Assembly: GCA_965223905.1 (NCBI GenBank)
Contig: CBDCXV010000001.1
Coordinates: 1,504,001-1,568,000 of the forward strand
Direction of reading: 5' to 3'
From: Candidatus Latescibacterota bacterium
Lineage (GTDB): Bacteria > Latescibacterota > UBA2968 > UBA8231
Length of the DNA: 64,000 bases
In this document: positions 57,845 through 64,000 of the stretch, piece after piece
Position numbering within the stretch: position 1 is the stretch's first letter
How the letters are laid out: every line of letters starts with the position of its first letter
Program-made: the position numbers and the translations under genes
The notes under the pieces: model-generated
What the model was told of the DNA's origin: nothing
Databases searched by the model: none
The model's input: only the letters and a program-made list of their open reading frames with translations

Positions 57845-58657
57845 CGCTACCAGGTGCCGCACCAGCGGCTTCACCTCTTCGGGCAGCCGCTCGTACACCT
57901 CCGGCCGCACACCGGGGGTGATGTTCGGCTTGCCCTCCGTCTCGACCACCATGCGGACGAAATCGGGGGAGCCCTCCCGCGTCGGCTCGATGCTGAGCCA
58001 CCAGGGCAGGTAGCCGACGTTCATCGCCACCCGCGGCTCGTCGCTCAGGTTGCGGGCGACGCAGTGCCACAGGCGGCTGTCGAACAGCATGACGCTGCCG
58101 GGGCCTCCGGATATCTGCAGCTCCGAGGGATGCGGCTGCTCGCGGTCGAACACCCCGTCCCCGCCGGAAGGGTTGTTGCGGGCGCGGTGGCTGCCGGGAA
58201 CCACCAGCGTGCCCCCGGTCAGCGGCGAGAACTCCGACAGCATCCAGAGCGAAGACAGCTTCAGCACCTCGTCGGGGTACGGCGCCGGGATGTGGGCGGC
58301 GTTGGTCTGGTTGTAGGGCCAGTCGGCGTGCCAGTAGGCGCGGTCGTTGCCCGGATAGTTGACCAGCCCCGCGGTGTTGCTCAGGCGCACCCAGTCGCCG
58401 AACAGCGTCCCGGCGATCGCCATGATCCGCGGCTCGGCGAGCCAGGGGGCCGCCGACTGGTCGAGGTTGAGCAGCCCCGGGACCGCCTGCACCCCCAGCG
58501 CGTTGAGGCGATGCCCCTGGGCGCGCACCGCCGCGGCCAGCACCGCGTCGCGCACGGCGCCGACTTCGGCGGCCGGGATCACTTTCTCGATGATGCAGAA
58601 CCCCTCGACCTCGAGGCGGGCGAGGTGGCGCTCGATCTCCCCGGCGCGGTCGCTCAC
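57842..58657 (-). CDS. Phytanoyl-CoA dioxygenase (PhyH)-family Fe/2OG enzyme
   Basis: WHAD; GGTLVVPGSH; FDSRLWH; R at the 2OG-binding position. Confidence 0.92.
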   Translation of the reverse strand: MSDRAGEIERHLARLEVEGFCIIEKVIPAAEVGAVRDAVLAAAVRAQGHRLNALGVQAVPGLLNLDQSAAPWLAEPRIMAIAGTLFGDWVRLSNTAGLVNYPGNDRAYWHADWPYNQTNAAHIPAPYPDEVLKLSSLWMLSEFSPLTGGTLVVPGSHRARNNPSGGDGVFDREQPHPSELQISGGPGSVMLFDSRLWHCVARNLSDEPRVAMNVGYLPWWLSIEPTREGSPDFVRMVVETEGKPNITPGVRPEVYERLPEEVKPLVRHLVA

Positions 58658-58857
58658 GATTTCCCGCGCTGCAGGGCCGCGGTCCCCAGGCGGATGGCCC
58701 CGTCGATGGCGAACCAGGTTGCCAGGAAGGCGACGGTCTCGAGCGCGAAGCTGTGGAGCTTGTAGAACGTCTCGGCGATGACGAAGGAGAGGGTGAAGGC
58801 GGGCAGTTGCTGCAGCAGCAGTTGCCGCAGCGGCAGGAGCTGGATCAGCGTGAACAT
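58654..58857 (-). CDS. Small two-helix membrane protein
   Basis: IAETFYKLHSFALE motif; GGGAG RBS; overlaps the phyH start. Confidence 0.7.
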   Translation of the reverse strand: MFTLIQLLPLRQLLLQQLPAFTLSFVIAETFYKLHSFALETVAFLATWFAIDGAIRLGTAALQRGKS

Positions 58858-58897
58858 GGTTTTCTCCCGAATGAGTGTGTGATGCTGCTATATGCTG

Positions 58898-60835
58898 CTA
58901 CTGGTTCTCTTCGATGACGACCGTCTGGTTGCATTCGACTCCGGCGAGCGACTGCTTCCCTCCGCCCGGCCAGGTCACCTCGACGAGGTCGACCCTGCCG
59001 GCGTCACCGAGGCCAAAATAGAGCGGCAGGCTGCTCTGTGACAGGTATCCCGACTGCCCGTCGTTGACCTTGGTGTAGCGTCTGCCCCCGGCGGTGACCT
59101 CGACCCTGGCGCCGAGGCCGTCGCGGTTGGAGCTGCGGCCCTGCAGGCGCACCCCGAGGTAGCGAATGCTCCTGCGCTCGGACAGGTCGCTGACCAGCAC
59201 CATCGGCCTGTCGTTGAACTCGTTGGTGACGATGTCGAGATCCCCGTCGCCGTCGAAGTCGAAGATCGCCGACGAGCGCGTGCCGACCGCGGCCCAGACC
59301 TCGAACTCCCCCACCTGTCCCTCGCAGTGCTGGTGCCCGGCGTCGGCCCCGCCGCAGTCGAGGTAGAACCAGGGCTTCGAGGTTACGCCTGCCTTGCGGG
59401 GCTCGACGCCGAGCAGGTACTCGCTGTCGAGAAACCCGGAGCCCCGGTTGTTGATCAGCACGGTGTTGACCCCGTAGCGGAACGGGTAGTTCATGCTCGA
59501 GGCGAGGAAGACGTCCTCGAAGCCGTCGGCGTTCAGGTCGCCGGTGCTCAGGCCCCAGGGCCAGTAGTTCTCGGCGCCGGCCGCGTCGGAGATCTCCTCG
59601 TAGCTGCCGGGGCCGGTCTTCCTGTAGAAGGCGTTGCCGTAAAGGCTCATGCCCCCGCTGACGAGGAAGGATTCGGGGAACTGTATGCTCGCCTTCCACT
59701 TCTCGTCCCAGGGCCCGACCTCGGCGCTCATGTCGGAGTGCATGTCGCTTATGAAGAGGTCGAGCAGGCCGTCGTTGTCGTAGTCGAAGACCTTGACGCC
59801 CATCGAGCCCCACGGTGTGCGCGGGAAGAGCTCGCGGCTTTTCCTGACGAACCGCTTTCCCTGGCGGTTCTCGAAGTACTCGTCGTGGCCCTGCATGTCG
59901 AGCACGTAGAGGTCGATCCAGCCGTCCTCGTCGGCATCGATCGGCGTCGCCGCTCCCGACCAGCTCGAGTCGGCCAGCCCCATCGCCGAGGTGACGTCCT
60001 CGAACGCGGAGCCCGCCTTGTTCCTGTACAGAATGGAGGGCTCGTTCCGCTCCGGTTTGAGGTGCCCGGCAAAGGCGTCCGGGTGGGCCTCGAAGTAACT
60101 GTATTCTCCCGGCGTGGCGGGGTGCAGGGCATCGAGGGGAGCGGTGACGACGGTTTCCGTGGTGAACACGCCGACGTTGGCGACGAACAGATCGAGCATG
60201 CCGTCGAGGTCGTAGTCGAAGAACACCGCGGCCGAGGAGTGGCCTTCGTACTCCATGCCCGCCCGCCGGGTGACGTCGGCGAACTCTGCCTGTCCGCCGT
60301 TCTCGAACAGGTAGTTGCCGCCCCGGACAGTGGTCGCGAACAGGTCGGGGTCGCCGTCGTTGTCGACGTCGGCGAAGGAGGCGGCCACCCCGATCGCCTG
60401 CGACAGGGCCAGGACTTCCGAAGGGACCGCCTCGAAGCGTCCGGAGCCGGCGTTGCGCCACAGCTCGTTGGCCGCGGCCATGTTGGAGAAGTAGATGTCG
60501 GGGCGGCCGTCGCCGTCGGCGTCGGCGACCGCAATGCCGTTGCCGTGGTCGTAGTGGGAGGCCTTGTAGCGCTTGCCGGTGTCGCTGGGGGAGACGTTGG
60601 CAAAGGTGATCCCGGTCTCTTCCCGGCGGTCGGCGAAGCTGAAATCGATGTATGCGTCGAACCGTTCCCGGCTCTCCAGCTGGCGCGCCCGGCGGCTCTC
60701 GACCCACTCGGGGGCTGCGACCTCCGGGGGGTAGGGGACCACGGTGCGCTCCGCCGCCCGGGTGGACCCGGCGAGGAGGGGGGGCGACAGGATGGCGAGG
60801 ATTCCCCATTTCCAATAGATGAACCGGATGCTCAT
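58898..60835 (-). CDS. CRTAC1/ASPIC-UnbV FG-GAP protein
   Basis: Repeated DxDxDG motifs; SNRDGLGARVEV; GYLSQSSLPLYFGLG; start overlaps the upstream stop. Confidence 0.9.
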   Translation of the reverse strand: MSIRFIYWKWGILAILSPPLLAGSTRAAERTVVPYPPEVAAPEWVESRRARQLESRERFDAYIDFSFADRREETGITFANVSPSDTGKRYKASHYDHGNGIAVADADGDGRPDIYFSNMAAANELWRNAGSGRFEAVPSEVLALSQAIGVAASFADVDNDGDPDLFATTVRGGNYLFENGGQAEFADVTRRAGMEYEGHSSAAVFFDYDLDGMLDLFVANVGVFTTETVVTAPLDALHPATPGEYSYFEAHPDAFAGHLKPERNEPSILYRNKAGSAFEDVTSAMGLADSSWSGAATPIDADEDGWIDLYVLDMQGHDEYFENRQGKRFVRKSRELFPRTPWGSMGVKVFDYDNDGLLDLFISDMHSDMSAEVGPWDEKWKASIQFPESFLVSGGMSLYGNAFYRKTGPGSYEEISDAAGAENYWPWGLSTGDLNADGFEDVFLASSMNYPFRYGVNTVLINNRGSGFLDSEYLLGVEPRKAGVTSKPWFYLDCGGADAGHQHCEGQVGEFEVWAAVGTRSSAIFDFDGDGDLDIVTNEFNDRPMVLVSDLSERRSIRYLGVRLQGRSSNRDGLGARVEVTAGGRRYTKVNDGQSGYLSQSSLPLYFGLGDAGRVDLVEVTWPGGGKQSLAGVECNQTVVIEENQ

Positions 60836-61290
60836 TGCGCCTCCCCCTCCTCGGCGGCGCGCCGCATCCAGTCGTCGAAGTCCCGCTGCGAGTGCACGTA
60901 CAGGGTTCCCAACAGGGAGTCGTGGCTGAAGCCGCACATCTGGTCTCCTTCGAGCCGGTAGTTCTTTTCCATGTCCACTTTCAGGGAGAGTGAAAACCAG
61001 AGATCCGGGACCGCCACCTGCGACAGCCCGAGCTCGGGGAGGGCGAACAAGTAGAGGAAATCCGCGCTGGTCAACCTGATCTCCGCGGCTTCGCCGGCAG
61101 GCAGGTGCAGGTCGCTCACCGCGGTGACGTCGTCCCGGGTGTGCAGCACCCCGTCCGGCCCGGGGTAACGCAGATACCAGTAGTAGTCGTCGCCGGTCAC
61201 CTCGACCACCAGCGGCGGCCGCTCCTCCTGCTGGCAGGCGGCCAGCAGCAAGGGGATGATCCACGGCAGCGGGCTCTTCCGGTTCGTCAA
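60832..61290 (-). CDS. Cytochrome c oxidase subunit II-like cupredoxin lipoprotein with degenerate CuA site
   Basis: LLLAAC lipobox; VEVTGDDYYWYLRYPGPDG; LHLPAG; LTSAD; QMCGFSH. Start approximate (TTG 61290 or GTG 61317). Confidence 0.75.
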   Translation of the reverse strand: MTNRKSPLPWIIPLLLAACQQEERPPLVVEVTGDDYYWYLRYPGPDGVLHTRDDVTAVSDLHLPAGEAAEIRLTSADFLYLFALPELGLSQVAVPDLWFSLSLKVDMEKNYRLEGDQMCGFSHDSLLGTLYVHSQRDFDDWMRRAAEEGEAQ

Positions 61291-61646
61291 GCCAGCCTTT
61301 TGCGCTTCTGCAGGCACGTGATCCCGCTCAGGGAGTTGCCCCGCCGGCGTGCAGCCATGCGGCAGGAACAAGGGGCGCGGCCGCTGCGGGCGCGACGCGG
61401 AATTCGGAAAGATCTTCGAGAGTTTCAGGAGGCGTCGAAGCCATTTCCGACACGAACCGAAAGGAGTTGCGGCCGCCGGGACCGGCAGCGGCCGGGACCG
61501 TTTCAACGGGCATTTTAAGCTACGCCTGCCGGAGGGTGGGAACCAATCCCCAGGTTTGACGGAAGCGCCTTCAGGCCCTTTACTTGCGTCTCCGCATTTC
61601 GCGGCTGTCGCAAAAAATCCCCATCGCATAAAACACCAAGGAACCC

Positions 61647-62558
61647 ATGCCTGCACTCGAAGAGCGCCGTCTGGGCAGCACGGAAATGCGCCCGAATTCG
61701 ATCGGGCTGGGTGCGGCCTGGTGGGGCCGGAGCACGGACCGGGAAACCATCGCGGCGATTCACCGTGCCCTGGAACTGGGGATCAACTACTTCGACACCT
61801 ATCCCGGCCAGGACGAGGAGCGCTGGGGCAAGGCCCTGTCCGGCGGAAGGCGGGAAAAGGTCTACCTGCAAGCGAAGGTCAGCCGCGGGACGCAGCGGAA
61901 ATCCGATCACTCCGCGGCCGCCACCCGCGCCAGTCTCGAGGCCAGCCTGCGGCAGCTGCAGACCGACTACGCCGACGCCGTGCTGATTCACGGGTACGAC
62001 AAACCGGAGGATCTCCCGTCGCAAGAGATGCTCGACCCGCTGGCTCCCGGGAACGCCCTCGACGAGCTGCTGAAGATGAAGGAGGAGGGCAAGCTCAGGC
62101 ACATCGGGATCGGCGCTCGCTCGGACGCCGTCATGGAGCGTGCCATCGCCACCGGCCATATCGAAGTCGTGCTCACCTACCTCGAGTACAACCTGCTGAC
62201 CCAGGGGGCTCTCGACAGGATGTTCCCGGTCTGCCGCGAGCACGACGTCGGCGTGCAGCTCGCCAGCCCGCTGGGGATGGGCCTGCTCACCGGCGAGGTG
62301 CCGCCGGCCTCGGAGGAGGAGCGCAAGGTACCGGACAGGAAACCGCGGGTCGCCCGCATGCTCGAGTGGTGCGCCGAAAGGGGGGTCGACATCCGCCACC
62401 TGGCGATCCAGTTCTGCCTGTCGGCGCCGGTCGACAGCATCGTCCTGCCGGGGCCGGGCAGCCTGGAGGAGGTCGAGAGCGCCGTCGAGGCCGCCACCGC
62501 CGGGATCCCGGAAGCGATCTGGGAGGAGTTCGAAGCGGATTTCGGCGTCGCCCGCTGA
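61647..62558 (+). CDS. Aldo/keto reductase
   Basis: GINYFDT; SLRQLQTDY; KEEGKLRHIGI; SPLGMGLL. Confidence 0.92.
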   Translation: MPALEERRLGSTEMRPNSIGLGAAWWGRSTDRETIAAIHRALELGINYFDTYPGQDEERWGKALSGGRREKVYLQAKVSRGTQRKSDHSAAATRASLEASLRQLQTDYADAVLIHGYDKPEDLPSQEMLDPLAPGNALDELLKMKEEGKLRHIGIGARSDAVMERAIATGHIEVVLTYLEYNLLTQGALDRMFPVCREHDVGVQLASPLGMGLLTGEVPPASEEERKVPDRKPRVARMLEWCAERGVDIRHLAIQFCLSAPVDSIVLPGPGSLEEVESAVEAATAGIPEAIWEEFEADFGVAR

Positions 62559-62604
62559 GGTCCGCTGCACCTGCAGGCTGCCGCCCACAGAGAAGGAGAA
62601 CACC

Positions 62605-63249
62605 ATGCCGGAAGAATCCCTGAAACAGCGCCTTCACCGGGGCGGCGACGTCGCCGTGGTCCGGACCCCGCTCACCTCGACCCGGCAACAGCTCGAAGAG
62701 GTCGCCGCCGGGGAGATCGATATGTTTTCGACGGACGCGCAGCACGCCCCGTACAACGAAGAGAGCCTCGTCTCCTTCTGCGCAACCGCCCGGGAGCTCG
62801 ACATCCCCGTGCAACTGCGCATCAAGCACACCCGCCACGCCTTCCTCGTCGGCAACTACCTCGACCTCGGACCGATGGCCATCATGGTGCCCCAGGTCGA
62901 GACCGTGGAGACCATCGACGAGGCGATCGACGCCTTCTACTACCCGCCTCTCGGCAAGCGCAGCTGGGGTCCGCTCCACGGCTACAAGTTCGACGGCCGC
63001 GAGCGCCTCGAGTACGCCGGGTGGTGGAACGAAACCGGCATCCTCATCGTTCAGCTGGAGTCGGTAAACGCCGTGACCAACGCCCGGCATCTCGCCAAGC
63101 CCGGCATCGACATGGTCGTCTTCGGGCCCAACGACCTGGAGTTCAGCCTCGAGGCGTACCCCGGCCATCCCTTCAAATCGGTCGCTGACTGCGTCGCCCA
63201 CGTCGAGGAGCAGCTGGCCGGTACCGGGGTGAAGGTCGGGGGCGTTTAG
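62605..63249 (+). CDS. HpcH/HpaI aldolase family protein (short)
   Basis: DAQH; YYPPLGKRSWG; QLES; FGPNDL; AAGGAG RBS. Confidence 0.85.
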   Translation: MPEESLKQRLHRGGDVAVVRTPLTSTRQQLEEVAAGEIDMFSTDAQHAPYNEESLVSFCATARELDIPVQLRIKHTRHAFLVGNYLDLGPMAIMVPQVETVETIDEAIDAFYYPPLGKRSWGPLHGYKFDGRERLEYAGWWNETGILIVQLESVNAVTNARHLAKPGIDMVVFGPNDLEFSLEAYPGHPFKSVADCVAHVEEQLAGTGVKVGGV

Positions 63250-63333
63250 GTCTCCTGTGGCTCCCCGGGTGCCTGGGAATCCGGGCGCCTCTGAGGCCGG
63301 GTTTCGGGGCAATCCATTCCGGGACAGGAGACC
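63247..63333 (+). repeat. Short MITE-like element related to the right half of copy B
   Basis: Perfect 10-bp inverted repeat GGTCTCCTGT / ACAGGAGACC; CCGGGCGCC..GGCCG..TTTCG..CAATCC.TTCC..GACAGGA shared with 27885-27936. Confidence 0.6.
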
Positions 63334-63461
63334 GGCAGCCCTTGGCGGCACGTTCCGTGCCGGATCCATCCTTTTTGCAGCCGGTTCTCGTTACGATTTC
63401 CACTCGCCGGGAAAGCAGCCTTGACCAGGGGCTGTCAGCCCCGCGCTGAAAAGGCCGGACC

Positions 63462-64000
63462 ATGAGCGAAAGCATCGCACCGCTTTCTGCAGCCGACTTC
63501 GACGAGGCCATGGCGGTGATGAACCTCGCCTTCGACCAGTCGCCCCCTGCCGATTTCGAAAACCTCCTTCCCAAGCTCTACCGCGCCGACGATGGCCTCA
63601 TGGGCTGCCTCTACGCGCTTCGCCGAGGCGGCGGCATCCGCGCCGTCGCCGGGGTTCATCCGCTCACCTGGAAAGTGGGCGCGGCGACCCTGCCGATCGC
63701 CGGCATCGGCGGGGTCTCGACCCATCCCGACTGCCGCGGTCAGGGGATGATGCAGCGCCTGATGACCCACTGCGTCGGCGTCATGAAGGAGGAGGGGTAC
63801 CCGATCTCCGTTCTTGGCGGCCAGCGCCAGCGCTACGGCTACTTCGGTTACGAAAGGTGCGGCGTCGAGGTGGAGTTGCGGCTGAACAAGAGCAACATCC
63901 GGCACTGTTTCGGCACTCCCTCGAATATCCGGTTCGAGCCGCTCGATCGCGGGAAGGCGGAGCGCATGGAGGCGGCCCGCGGCTTCCACGACGCCCTGAC
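63462..64000 (+). CDS. GNAT (Eis-like) acetyltransferase, partial, runs off the right edge
   Basis: Manual translation: GIGGVSTHPDCRGQGMMQRLM; LGGQRQRYGYFGYERCG. Confidence 0.88.
   Translation, partial: MSESIAPLSAADFDEAMAVMNLAFDQSPPADFENLLPKLYRADDGLMGCLYALRRGGGIRAVAGVHPLTWKVGAATLPIAGIGGVSTHPDCRGQGMMQRLMTHCVGVMKEEGYPISVLGGQRQRYGYFGYERCGVEVELRLNKSNIRHCFGTPSNIRFEPLDRGKAERMEAARGFHDAL

Overview
High-GC bacterial window. The many secreted proteins with FlgD-Ig/T9SS-like C-terminal domains, ASPIC/UnbV proteins, WD40 proteins and DUF4838 proteins suggest a Latescibacterota/Gemmatimonadota-like FCB organism (inference only). Layout: (i) 0-22 kb is a cell-envelope locus with secreted beta-propellers, two sulfatase-like enzymes lacking the formylglycine motif, a DUF6057 + CxxCH-TolB pair, and a convergent operon of two alkaline-phosphatase/NPP-superfamily genes; (ii) 22-42 kb holds glycan and sugar-acid catabolic genes plus exbB-exbD-exbD; (iii) 42.8-46 kb is a 2.8-kb cassette between 175-bp direct repeats, encoding an intact SF1 (UvrD-like) helicase fused in frame to a DUF433 antitoxin domain, followed by a DUF5615 PIN-like gene, which is the best candidate for a new defence/TA system; (iv) 46-64 kb has small-molecule catabolic enzymes, a GPP34 protein, a decayed IS1380, a WD40 protein, an orphan hicB with a hicA stump, and a degenerate CoxII-like lipoprotein next to an ASPIC gene. 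Other highlights are an apparent tandem histone fold at the N-terminus of a secreted ASPIC/UnbV protein and a family of short MITE-like repeats, several starting at TAG stop codons. No rRNA, tRNA or CRISPR array was seen. All family calls come from motif recognition by eye, not database searches.
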